DNA of 64,000 nucleotides from Lingula anatina (Eukaryota; Animalia; Brachiopoda), in assembly GCA_051362555.1 (NCBI GenBank), contig CM120648.1:19464587-19528586 (forward strand). Direction: 5' to 3'. This document shows, one piece after another, positions 52,764 through 64,000 of this stretch. Every line of letters starts with the position of its first letter. Positions within the stretch are counted from its first letter, which is position 1. Made by a program: the position numbers and the translations under genes. The notes under the pieces are model-generated. The model was not told where the DNA came from. It was given only the letters and a program-made list of their open reading frames with translations, and ran no database searches.

Positions 52764-53178
52764 AAAGATGTTACAATATGGAACATATTGAATGTATTTG
52801 ATCTAATATGAACATACATGTACATTTATGTATATTAGTTCAGTAATTAGTTTTAGATTATTCATGGCTTTTATTAAATCACTATAAATATATATGGAAA
52901 GATGGTTCAATATCTAGCATATGTTAAGATATTATGTGGTCACTTACAGAGAACTAAGATTGAAAGATGTTTTAATTTAATAGCTATTGTACGGGTGTGT
53001 ATACGAGTTCATTTATCAGTTTTAGAAAAATAATGTGGCTTTTGCAAAATTACCAAAATACGGACCTTGCAAATAAACTAATTTTCTCTAATTTAAGTTG
53101 TCTTACTTGTATCTTTAAAATATAGGCCTCTATATCGCCTTTCTTTTATGATACTTTATAAAAGCAAATTTGTATTAT

Positions 53179-54787
53179 TTAAGGCCTCTAGGATATTAAA
53201 AATACGTCTAAAACTCGATTTTTAGTTTTTTATACGTTAGAAATAATCAATATTGTATCTAGTACTCAATTAAGTTATATTTGTGAAACACGGACTAAAA
53301 ATATACATTTGGACGAGTTTGTCTACCTGCCCTGACTGGTACGGGTGGCAGGCTTTAGGCTCCGCCTCCGTTGTCAAGCACCGTTACTATGTTGGGCGGG
53401 GCAAGAATGGTTGTCTAACTTCTTAAGCTGTTACGCGTGCCCTGGCAGCCCATAAGTCTTACGTCAGCTAAGCAGAACACAGTTATATACACAGTAATGG
53501 GAAGAAAGAAAGTTGCGAGAAAACGGATGAGCGAGGAAAGCAAGATAATTTTGAAAGATAGTACTTCTGGTGGATGGAGAAACCCCGCATGTCATGAAGG
53601 GGAGTCTTCGAGTATGCAGGGAGCCAGCGCTCGGAAAATCTTGAAGGACGATTTATCGTCGAGCTCCGACAGCGGGGTTGTCAGAAAAAATCGTTAGGCA
53701 ATCATTTTATTCACAATAAAGATTGTAACAGCAAGCAAGTTTATAAGTAATATTGCCACGCAAAACATTTTCAAATTCGCATGTTACGGTCTTGGCACTA
53801 TGTGGCATCATGGCTGATACGTACCCACATTGGGCCATTTCTCGGAGTAATTCTTTCTTTGCTTTCTCAATTTTCGCGTCTTGGTGTGTAGAGCGGCGTC
53901 CATGCACGACGGGTGGCATTATCATCTGCTTGCGCCTCAAGTGATTTTCTTTTTGTTTGTTAGCGCTTCCTTAGACACTTCCTAGACAGTGCACAGACTT
54001 CTACTGCGTCAGGCACAATTATGATTAATTACGTCAGTGAAACGAGAGTAGGTAGACCTACTCAGCTGTCAATCATTTCTCAGGGAATATCGGCTTACGT
54101 GGTGCGAATAAGTTTGCGTACAAAAGTAAGATTTTCTGACATCTAGATAGAAACAAACAACCCAATTTTAACACGTAATGGTGTATAGACCTTCCGATCA
54201 ATAAGATGATAACAGGTAAGGCGGAGGTGCAATTAATTTGCTAAATTAGCCCAATTACCTGAGCCAAATGGTTTATGAGCGATTTCTCAGCTTTGAAGAT
54301 TGATATTATAGTCTTTACTTCAATCCCCATATCTCATTCTTTAACTGTCAGATTGACATGAAATTTGATGTGTCTGTGTTTCAGTATAATATCTAGTGGA
54401 CTGAGTCTTGGTTTTTGGATTGACCTTTTATTTTTGAAGTTATTAATACTGAAATTGGAAGGTCCATATATAATTCGTAAAATTCACGTTTTATCAAAAT
54501 AAAATCAAAAGTAAAAATAATAAGAGAAAATCCTAACAGAGTTTGCTGGTTTTTGTGCTAACCTTTAGATAGCTATTTCAATCGTATTAATAGGTTTTTT
54601 TGTTGAAGAGAAAATCTTGATTAAAAAAATGACAATTTTAGCCCCAAAACGCTGATATTACGTCACTCGTGTTACACTGTGACTACAATCTTTGGAAAAT
54701 TGTTTTGCTTGCTACACCATATCCTTTAGTTATTAGGAAATTTCATTAGCTGCATTAGTTTTGGACTTAATATTCTAGAGGCCTTAA
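53179..54787 (+). mobile_element. Kolobok-type internally deleted element, TTAA TSD
   Basis: ttaa-GGCCTCTAGGATATTAA...TTAATATTCTAGAGGCC-ttaa; CpG-rich interior with short convergent ORF stubs (MGRKKVARKR...). Confidence 0.8.
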
Positions 54788-55582
54788 AGAAAGGGAGGGT
54801 TCCAGATGTCAGCCACTGAAAATTATAACACTTCAATACAACATAATAGTCAAAATTGCTGCCCAGAACACAGTGCTAAAACGTATTTTGATAAAAAAGA
54901 ATCCTCAGAGAGACCACTAGCCTCCAAAAACATAACATATGTTCACCGTGATACAGTTGCTATAAAGGGTAATTCAAATGCAGTCTAAGAGAAAATCTTA
55001 TTCCAATAAACTCTATATCTGGCTACCAATGTGTCATTTGCCCAATATCTAAAGTAGCATACCCTAGGTTCTAGATTCCGGTATTGCCAGCTCGATCTTG
55101 ATTTCATATATAACCCATATCAGCAATACCAATACTAGTAAAAATGACTCCAAGGTATATTGAATATTTACAAGCTAATTTTTACGTTGCTCTGACACTC
55201 AGGGTAAAGTAGCCTCAATTCCCAGATATCTTCAGAGAGAGAGTAGAGCGTTTGCCTCTGCTTTATAAACACTGAAACATCTTATTTTAACTTCTTCAAA
55301 TTTTAGTTTCCTGTAAACAACACAAAAACGGGGAATTTATATAAAATAATAATAATAAACAAACATAATACTCGTATAAATAAAAAATACATATTTGATG
55401 ATCTGTAGAAAATATAGAGTCTAAAAGTGCATTTGTCAACCTGAAATGTATAAAGTTGAAGCCGTTTTATTTTGTGTGTAAACTTGCACATAAATACCCA
55501 GTACATCGACTGCGTATTCTTTTTGTCTCCCTACCGAGTGTTAATAGATATGTTTGAATTAGAATAATAAGATTGTCTTACT

Positions 55583-55883
55583 CAGTGGCGGATTTAGGGA
55601 GGGGGTTCAGTGGAGTCCTGACCCCCCCCCCCCTCCTTCGGTTTCTGAAAAAAAATCACACTAAATATTACCCTTTTGAAATGAGATTTTTAAGTTGCTG
55701 GTTTATAGTTCTTAACCGTTCCAAAAGACACCGTTTGGCATTAATTCAAAACACCAAAATATTTTGGGGCCCTTCAGTGGTCCCCCAACCCCACCACAAG
55801 GAGGCTGAGGGTCAGCTTCGAATCCGAGGTCTGTCATTCGTAAAAGACACTCTCACCCCCTTCAAATCCTGGATCTGCCCCTG
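55583..55883 (+). mobile_element. MITE-like element
   Basis: CAGTGGCGGATTTAGG...CCTGGATCTGCCCCTG imperfect TIRs; an internal fragment also occurs at about 56125-56255. Confidence 0.75.
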
Positions 55884-56377
55884 TCTAACCACTTGTATAA
55901 TGCGTTCAGGAGACAAAAATGGTGTCTTCTTTGTGAAATTGTTTTGCAAATATGCTTAGGCGGGGATGGTTTTTGTTCTTTATCCTTTACCAGCTACGCC
56001 ACAGATCAAACTCAAATGAAGTCAATAGGTAATCCGGCATGGCGGCATGAATGTCATACTTCTCAGCAAGTTTTTTTTTCAAAAGTCACGTCGCCCTTAT
56101 CACTATCAGTGATCTCTCAGTAATCTCTCTTGAAATTAGAATTTTGGTCAGCTGATTCATAGTTCTCAACCGTACCAAACGGCACCGTTTGCCCCCCAAA
56201 ACACTCCACGGAGGCCGAGAGTCGGCTTCTTATCGGAGGCTTGTCATTCCTAAAAAAAGGCGATCACGTAAGATTGCCACCTGACATTTGGGTGCCTTGT
56301 GGCCTGTGAAAGGGAATTCCCCCCCCCCCCGCCCCAGGACGAATAACCTGTAAGAACTCGGCAAAGTGGTACGGTGA

Positions 56378-56647
56378 ACAGTAGCGGATTTAGGGGGTGT
56401 CAAGTGGTTCCTGACCCCCTTCGATTTCTGGAAAACATCAAACCAATGGTCTTCTCTTGAAATTAGAATTTTGACAAGCTGAATCACAGTTATCAACCGT
56501 ACCAAATGGCACCGTTCGCCCTCTAAAATACCAAAATTTTTCCGGTCCCTTCAGCGGGCCCCTGACCACAGTCCAAAGGAGGGGGGGGCGTCGGCGTTGC
56601 ATCCGCGGACCCCCCCCCCCCTCTCAAAAATCCTGGGTCTGCCCCTG
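56378..56647 (+). mobile_element. MITE-like element (same family)
   Basis: CAGTAGCGGATTTAGG...CCTGGGTCTGCCCCTG. Confidence 0.75.
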
Positions 56648-57749
56648 TCCGACACCCATATTCTTTCTTAATTATATCATGAATTTGACTCTCGATTTAT
56701 ACCGCTCACTTAGCAGGTGACAAGATGATACAACGATTAGCGTAGCATTTATATAAGTAATGGATTAAGACAGACATGGAGTATTCGTTATATTCAATGG
56801 CAAAGTGTATCAACATTTTTGGGCAACAATGTTTTTCTTGTTACGTTTTATTAAACTTTATTATTGTGTTTTCAGATTTGAGGGTAATTATTTCCACGAA
56901 TATGATTTCTCGCTTGAGAGAGTAAGGTGGTAGTGACATTATAAAGCCATCTCCGTGCGTTTTATTGAAATATCCCCTCTAACAACGCAGATTTTGCCCT
57001 CAGCGGTATCGGTTATCTGGACAACATATTGTAAAACAGTTTTCACAAAATTTGATAAGGGTGGTTCAAAGGAAGGAAAGAAATGATTACAAATTAAACA
57101 GGCTCTCGATCTTGTATTCTCTTATGCTTCATTACCATTTACATTTTGGTGAAGGTTTGCATTCAATTGTGGGGAGATCTGGAGTTTCATTGGTTTTATT
57201 GAGAAATACAGGATGAGGGTAAACTCTGCGTAGTCTTCAGTAGTAAAACTGGGATATTAAATAAAAAGAATCAAAAAACAACATACACGTTACCAGAGGA
57301 AAGTAGCCTGCAAGTTTGGTTCTTCTCCACCCTCACCTCTCCCCCTCTCTGTTTCTCTCCATCTCTCTTACTCTCTCCCTTTCCCCCTCTATATCTCCCT
57401 CTCTTTTTCTCTCTGTGTGAGTACTAGATTCTCTCTCTCTCTTTCTCTCAAACACTGTAATTCACATGTACAGTATATGTACACAAGATATTGTTTTAAA
57501 ACGCCTTAGGTTGTATTGTGCATAGCAATTGTACAGTATTTTTACAGTGGCTGATTTGCTACATTACTATAGCTTTTGTAAGCAACGTGTTCAAATAAAC
57601 AAAAAATAGTTAAGTTTTAGTCCAATTTTGTTCAATTTTCTTTTTTTTACTCTCCAAACAATTTGCTTTAACATGGAGTCACCCAAGAGAAACATAACCT
57701 TTATTTTACATTCTCAGGTGAAGCAGAGCTTTTTGGGAGTTGTACTGAG

Positions 57750-57972
57750 ATGGCTCCAAATCACAAGTCTACAGCACGGCCACTGAGAACCAACGTGCTG
57801 CAGGATGAGGTGACCGTTAGTGAGGACGCGGAAGTGACCATTACTGGGGACAACACAGAGTTCGTGTTCTCTGCCGCCAGCGAGGTGTCAGAGTTCCTGA
57901 CGTCAAGTTATGACGTCAACGACACGTCATTATTTGACACCATCCCGGACCCAGAACCAGAGATTTTCTACA
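57750..57972 (+). CDS. Probable first coding exon of an unidentified gene (exon 57718-57972)
   Basis: Acceptor ttttacattctcag and donor gtaagt; GC-richer open frame MAPNHKSTARPLRTNVLQDEV...TIPDPEPEIFY, ending in phase 1. Confidence 0.55.
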
Positions 57973-58329
57973 GTAAGTCGTAATTTTATCAGTTGAATTC
58001 GTTCCAAATATGTGGGAAACTTATTTATACACATGAATGACACAAAACACACACATACACACGCGCGCGCACGCACACACACGCACACACACAGAAATAA
58101 TAAAAATTAAACGTTCACTCGAGAAAAATGTTGGACCTTAAGTATGATCTCAAAATCATGGCGATGGTCGATCTTTACATCTACATGTAGGCCTATTTAA
58201 CATACTTGTACAGTGTATCCACTCATTTTCTACAGTGTGATACATGTACTATCGAAAATACTTGCCAAATTAAATCATTATAAAATCATAATAATGGCCG
58301 TAGCGGGATCTCGCGGCTTCGCAGCCTAA

Positions 58330-59573
58330 GGCCACACTTTTTTATTTTTATGGATGACATCCTCTGGGGACCCCAAAATCGGTGCGAGCGGGCGAAAAAA
58401 AAAAAAAAAAACAGTCCAAAAAAAAAAAAAAAAAAATGCTTAAGAAAAGTTATGTTTTCAGTTCACAGCTGGAAACACTAATTTACCACAGAAACACGTA
58501 TCAAACTAACAATATATCTTTATCCATGCTCTCAAAATATTAAAGCATTGTGAATAGGGCCTACTTCGTAGAAAGGTAAAAAGTCATGAATATATATGCT
58601 GCATATTACCAAATCTATTTAATGTTATTTCATGCATTCTGTTGGGATAGCAATCAATAATACAAATATCAAATAAACAGCGTGTCTTTATTTGTACTCT
58701 CAGAAAATTAAAGCATTGTGAACACTTCACAGAATTGTTTAAAAAAATGAAGCAAAGATAGGCCTATGCTTCCTACTACCAAATCTAAAAAAGGTAATTT
58801 CGCACGATGCCATTTGTCTACTTCGACTCACATGTAGCAGCCAACTATCGGGTGGCCTGTCCGACTTTCAATCCACCAAATACCACGACACTCTTGTCGA
58901 CCCTTTTTTCGCTACAAAAAAAAACCTGGTATGTGCTGCTTTGGACTACCCTGAGTGTCAGAGCAACATAAAAGCTAACTAGCTTAAATATACCTTGTGA
59001 TGGAGTCGCTTTTACTAGTAAAATTCCCGTACTAGTTTACCTGGTATTGCGACATTGGTTATATATGAAATCAAGATCGAGCTGGCAATACCGGAATCTA
59101 GAACCTAGGGTTCTTTGGACAGAATGTCACTGAAATTTTCCGGGCGATGATCGCTGGCCAGCCTTTCGTATAATTGTAAAAAGGTGATATCTCCATGTCC
59201 AATATCAATGGCAAACCAATCCAAAACGACGGCCCCCGTTCTCTTTATGACTTTAATTGTCGTGTATTTTGAAATTAATGCTAGAGATGAATTTGACAGC
59301 AAAACGGCCATATTTCCACGTGGTGATAATACGCATGCGCAAAAAGATCATTTTCCGCACTCGGAACTACTCGGATGTCTCCGCAGTCAACAATGACAGT
59401 ATGGAGCTTGGAATTAGCCGAGGATTGCCGATTGCATTTTCAGGCAAATTCAATAACGACGTTTGCGACAACTGACTTCCTTGGGGGGGGGGATTTTATT
59501 TTTTTTTTTTGGAGAACGGACAAAAATCGGTGCGCGCGCAGGATGTCATCCATAAAAATAAAAAAGTGTGGCC
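58330..59573. mobile_element. PIF/Harbinger-type non-autonomous element, TAA TSD
   Basis: taa-GGCCACACTTTTTTATTTTATGGATGACATCC...GGATGTCATCCATAAAAATAAAAAAGTGTGGCC-taa. Internal 58945-59110 has an inverted copy at about 55060-55210. Confidence 0.85.
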
Positions 59574-60039
59574 TAATGCTAAAGACACAGTTCACTCTAG
59601 GGAAATGACAACGCTGGAGAAGGCGGAGCCAATTTGAAGGCTTGTCATTGGAAGAGTTATGTACTGGGAGGGTGATTTAGTAAAAGGGCAAGTCACTGGA
59701 AAAGGGTCAGTCGCTTAAATAAGCAATTCACAGGAGGGATGAGGTGATTGCACATTTAGTTTTCATCATTTGTCTGTTTAATTATTGTGACATTCATTTT
59801 AGCTGAGCCTATAGTGTCTGAGTTGTAGAACATGTCATTTGCTTGATATGTTAATATCTGTGTCACTGTGATTGGATTATATGAGGAATCACAAGTTTTG
59901 AATAATTTCAAAGCAGTTCTTAACAAATAAGAACTATGCTTGCAGTGCAGTTTATATAAAAGGGAGTATGTTTTCTATTGGTAAATGATGCATCAGGTTA
60001 AAATTATTGTCCGATGGTACCTTTTCTTTCCTTTTACAG

Positions 60040-62463
60040 ATTGGTGTGTGGGTTTGGCGGTGCTCTGTTCATTTATTTCCACAGGAAAATTATCCACTTT
60101 ATACGAAAACAGAGGAATTTGTCCTCCTTTCTCCAGAAGAAGTAAGTACCAGTTACAGCAGGAGTCATCCACTGTATGTGACTTACAAGAGGGTTTGCAC
60201 ATGTATATGTCACATACAATAGACCACAAGTGTTTGTATAGCTGCTTCAAGCATTTATAGGATGATTACACTTGTATTTTGCTTACAACACAGTGAAGCA
60301 TGTTAATATAGATGAGCGAGCAATTATTCTATTGTTGCTAACAGTAAATGTTTTTATGATTGTTATCACATAAGGAAATGTTTGGGATAATTATGTGAAA
60401 AGGACATAATGAAGATACCTTTTATTAGCATTCAGTTTATTCCCATTTTATGTGTGATATAATGTGTAGTAAATATAACGTGTTTTATTTATTTCAGTTG
60501 ATTCATCTATCCTACTGTGATAACATTTTATGTGTAGATATAATGTGTAGTAAATATAACGTGTTTTATTTATTTCAGTTGATTCATCTATCCAACTGTG
60601 ATAACATTTTATGTGTAGATATAATGTGTAGTAAATATAACATGTTTTATTTATTTCAGTTGATTCATCTATCCAACTGTGATAACATTTTATGTGTAGA
60701 TATAATGTGTAGTAAATATAACGTGTTTTATTTATTTCAGTTGATTCATCTATCCAACTGTGATAACATTTTATGTGTAGATATAATGTGTAGTAAATAT
60801 AACATGTTTTATTTATTTCAGTTGATTCATCTATCCAACTGTGATAACATTTTATGTGTAGATATAATGTGTAGTAAATATAACATGTTTTATTTATTTC
60901 AGTTGATTCATCTATCCAACTGTGATAACATTTTATGTGTAGATATAATGTGTAGTTAATATAACATGTTTTATTTATTTCAGTCGATTCATCTATCCAA
61001 CTGTGATAACATTTTTGATATCCACTCTATCCTTTCCCCTGGGGCTGGGGCAGTATACAGCTGGAATGGTATGTATCATGGGGGGTGGGGGTGTTATTCT
61101 TCCCCCTGGGGCTGGGGCAGTATACAGCTGGAATGGTATGTTTTCTAGAAACATTTTTCACAAGACTAGGAAGCCAACATATGATTAGTTTGTCCGATTT
61201 ACCAACACAACTTACCAAACACCCCTTTCCTGCATTAGTAATAGATACCTCAAAATGTACAGAGATTATACTGCTGTGGGCATAAATCACTTTCCACAAC
61301 TCATGACAGTCCATCTGTCCTTTCAGTTCTCATGGAGAAATTTAATGTACTTTCAGTTAACTCACCGAGAAGCTGTGAATGAGTTGTTCAGTAACTTCAC
61401 ATGGTCCACGGGGAAAGCAGAGAACTTAGATCTGGACCAACTAGAGGTGCTCAGTCACTGGAATCACCCGGACACCAGCGTCTACGTCACACTGACTTTG
61501 TTTATTATTATACAGGTGAGATTTACTCTTTGTATGAGAAGACCAAACATCAACCCCAGTCTAATTGTATGAAGATTTTAAGAGTTGGCAATTTGAAAAT
61601 TTGTCTGTTATAACCTAACTTTAAAATATGCCATGTGTCTCTGTAATACTTAAATTTTTTGGTATATATAAATAATTTTGAATGGTTGTGCACTGATTTC
61701 AGTTGTACAGAGTGATCTCACACAAACAGTTTACTTATAATAATAATGGATTACATTTGTTTTCAGTTTGTGACAGCTGCTTTGGCTGGTTCCCTCCCCA
61801 TTCCTGCTGGAGTGTTCATTCCTGTCTTCACTATAGGTAAGTTGTGTCATCATTTTACCACTTACTGTTGCCTTGTCAACTCTTCCCCAGGACTGCGGAC
61901 TGTGCAATTACATATTATAGGAAAGCTTTTTTAATAACATTTCATTTTGTTTTGTTGCATTTCTTTGATATGTTAACATGTTCAGAAGTAGGTATGAGCA
62001 TTTTGAGTTCAGTTATATTGATAATTCTTCATTCATTTGAATAATTTTCATCATCCTTGGCTAGTCTACTAATTATTATAAGGTCAGATGCTGAATTTAA
62101 AAAGAATACAAATTAAAGAGTATATGAGTATTAACACATGCTCCCTGTAAAGTCTGGTTTGGAGTGCACTGACCTCGACCTACAGTGACCTTGACCCACC
62201 GTGACCTTGACTTATAGTGACCTGTCCACACTGGTCTGATGGTGTGACACACTTGAAGATTATGACAGCTGTTTTTCTGCCTAAATTCTCCTGCACTATG
62301 CTGCCATCTCCAGGTTGAAATTAGCTAAGAGAATGTTCTTAATTATTCCCAGGTGCTGCCTTTGGTCGTCTTGTAGGAGAGTGTTTGGCGACGTGGTTCC
62401 CCAGTGGAGTGAGGATGGGAGAGCAGGTGTCTCCTATAGTCCCTGGAGGATATGCTGTAGTAG
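60040..62463 (+). CDS. CLCN2: ClC-2-like chloride channel, five central exons: 60040-60141, 60984-61068, 61357-61515, 61767-61836, 62353-62463 (partial, possibly a duplicated fragment)
   Basis: Phase-consistent GT-AG exons: [18 protein letters not shown]..., [66 protein letters not shown]...[10 protein letters not shown]. These are ClC-1/2 motifs including GxFxP. Confidence 0.93.
60445..61014. repeat. Tandem array, 81-bp unit x7, duplicating a ClC 3' splice site plus ~30 nt of exon
   Basis: tgttttatttatttcag|ttgattcatctatccaactgtgataacatttt x6, followed by the real cag|tcgattc at 60984. Confidence 0.97.
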
Positions 62464-62873
62464 GTAAGTGTATGACTACATGGTATCCCAGTGAAGTCAG
62501 GATGGGAGAGCAGGTGTCTCCTATAGTACCTGGAGGATATGCTGTAGTAGGTAAGTGTATGACTACATGGTATCCCAGTGAAGTCAGGATGGGAGAGCAG
62601 GTGTCTCCTATAGTACCTGGAGGATATGCTGTAGTAGGTAAGTGTATGACTACATGGTATCCCAGTGAAGTCAGGATGGGAGAGCAGGTGTCTCCTATAG
62701 TACCTGGAGGATATGCTGTAGTAGGTAAGTGTATGACTACATGGTATCCCAGTGAAGTCAGGATGGGAGAGCAGGTGTCTCCTATAGTACCTGGAGGATA
62801 TGCTGTAGTAGGTGAGTTTATGACTACATGGTATCCCAGTGAAGTCAGGATGGGAGAGCAGGTGTCTCCTATA
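62377..62873. repeat. Tandem array, 87-bp (29-codon) unit x~5.7, derived from the ClC exon and its donor
   Basis: Units start at 62464, 62551, 62638, 62725 and 62812 (partial); each follows GTAGTAG and begins GT[A/G]AGT. Confidence 0.97.
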
Positions 62874-62874
62874 T

Positions 62875-63640
62875 AGGACTTGCATTATTCGAAAGGTGCG
62901 ATGTGCGCATGACCAGAATTGTGCACTGCAGGGGTCAAAATAGTACCGGAAGCGTTGTTGACAGCGATAGGAACACATGATGGAAGCAGAAGACGCGCCG
63001 GGGGCGATATTAAACAAGCCATTTGAGCCGACAATGGTGCCGGAGTTGAAACGTTGGTTAAAATGTAGGTTGCCCACACATCAGGCAAAAAAGAAGAGCT
63101 GATAAAAAGGTATGTTACAAGATATTTTCTTAAATACACGACCAAAAACAAAACCCTTATGTGGTCATTATGTAATTATGTTCACCTGAGTCATTCATTG
63201 GGGAGATAAATTTGTCACCTGGTTCAGGCAATTATCTGATACAATCTCTGAGGTGGGCTAGTGCACTGTACAATAAAATTAGTACAAGCTCCCTGTCATT
63301 ATTAGTGCATCTATCATTCGTTTCTTCATTATCCTTCTGTTGTGTATCCAAGTAGATTTCGGTTAAAAATTTTCTGTTTTGTCATCAGTCTAATATGTAT
63401 GTATGTAAATAATCACTGTTATAGATGTATTGATGATGACTTTAATAATTATTTTCATGACTATTTTTTACTTGTTTTATAGGTGTAAACTGTACAGTGA
63501 GAATAGAGAGAGAAACAAAATATTGGATCCAGACAGTGGAGTTTGGAAGAGAAAATTAGAAGTAGGCCTACCAGATTGAAGTTTGAATCAAGACAGTGGA
63601 GAATGGACCAAGCCCTTGAAGGGAATGCCCAAACCGTTTT
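62875..63640 (+). mobile_element. 5' part of an ISL2EU-like DNA transposon with a decayed spliced SAP-domain ORF (62977-63109, 63483-~63637)
   Basis: MMEAEDAPGAILNKPFEPTMVPELKRWLKCR-fs-AHTSGKKEELIKR is a SAP motif, spliced to CKLYSENRERNKILDPDSG...WTKPLKGMP. It starts abruptly after AT within the 87-bp array. Superfamily is inferred and the right end is not in the window. Confidence 0.55.
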
Positions 63641-64000
63641 TTTTTTTTTTAATATTTGTCTTTTAATAAATACAATTCAAGATTTTGTTTCACAATTTTA
63701 TTTTGCATAATAAAACCAATGATGTTGCCTTGGAAATATCTTTCCAAGGTACCTTATGATATTTCATGTTTTAAAATGCAATGTTTTAAACATTTTCTAG
63801 ATATGTTCAAGTGCAATGTGATAATAAAAATGTGATATTTGGTAAAATTGTTCTCTTTTTTGTTATTTGCATAAGTAATATACGATTCAATACTCCTTCA
63901 CAGTCAGGATTAAACCTGGTTTTAGTTTTACTGAGGTCTAAGCAATGGCGATAACAAAACTCTTAAACTAAAGTAAAACTAAAACCAGCTTTAACCTTGC

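Noticed and set aside
1-64000. Whole window as one giant gene-capturing transposon or endogenous virus
   Set aside because: No enclosing termini and no Rep/helicase, polymerase or capsid genes are visible; the fragments keep their introns and mixed orientations, consistent with segmental duplication.

Overview
AT-rich, intron-containing animal DNA. GT-AG exons, TRIM-NHL, death-fold and ClC genes and Academ/Kolobok/Tc1/L1 elements suggest a marine invertebrate, but the species cannot be determined from the sequence. The window is a mosaic of gene fragments and transposons. Gene content: the last three exons of DIS3L2 with an in-frame TGA (minus, 2.0-4.1 kb), an NHL-repeat fragment, a signal peptide-mucin-EGF-FN3-TM pseudogene (minus, 25-30 kb) with paralogous remnants at 13 kb and probably 42-44 kb, a ZU5/UPA-like fragment, one apparently intact 4-exon 474-aa Death-domain+CARD gene (46.7-50.5 kb), and five central exons of a ClC-2-like chloride channel (60.0-62.5 kb). 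Mobile elements: a 5.25-kb Academ-type element, a Tc1 DD34E element, Kolobok-, Harbinger-, pogo- and Helentron-type non-autonomous elements, L1/Tx1 debris and an ISL2EU-like 5' end. The most striking pattern is that tandem arrays repeatedly sit exactly on splice junctions (5 junctions in DIS3L2 and ClC). They create stacks of decoy acceptors that lead to stop codons and, in ClC, an in-frame exon-derived array whose donors are built from exon sequence. All protein identifications are by eye and need database confirmation.
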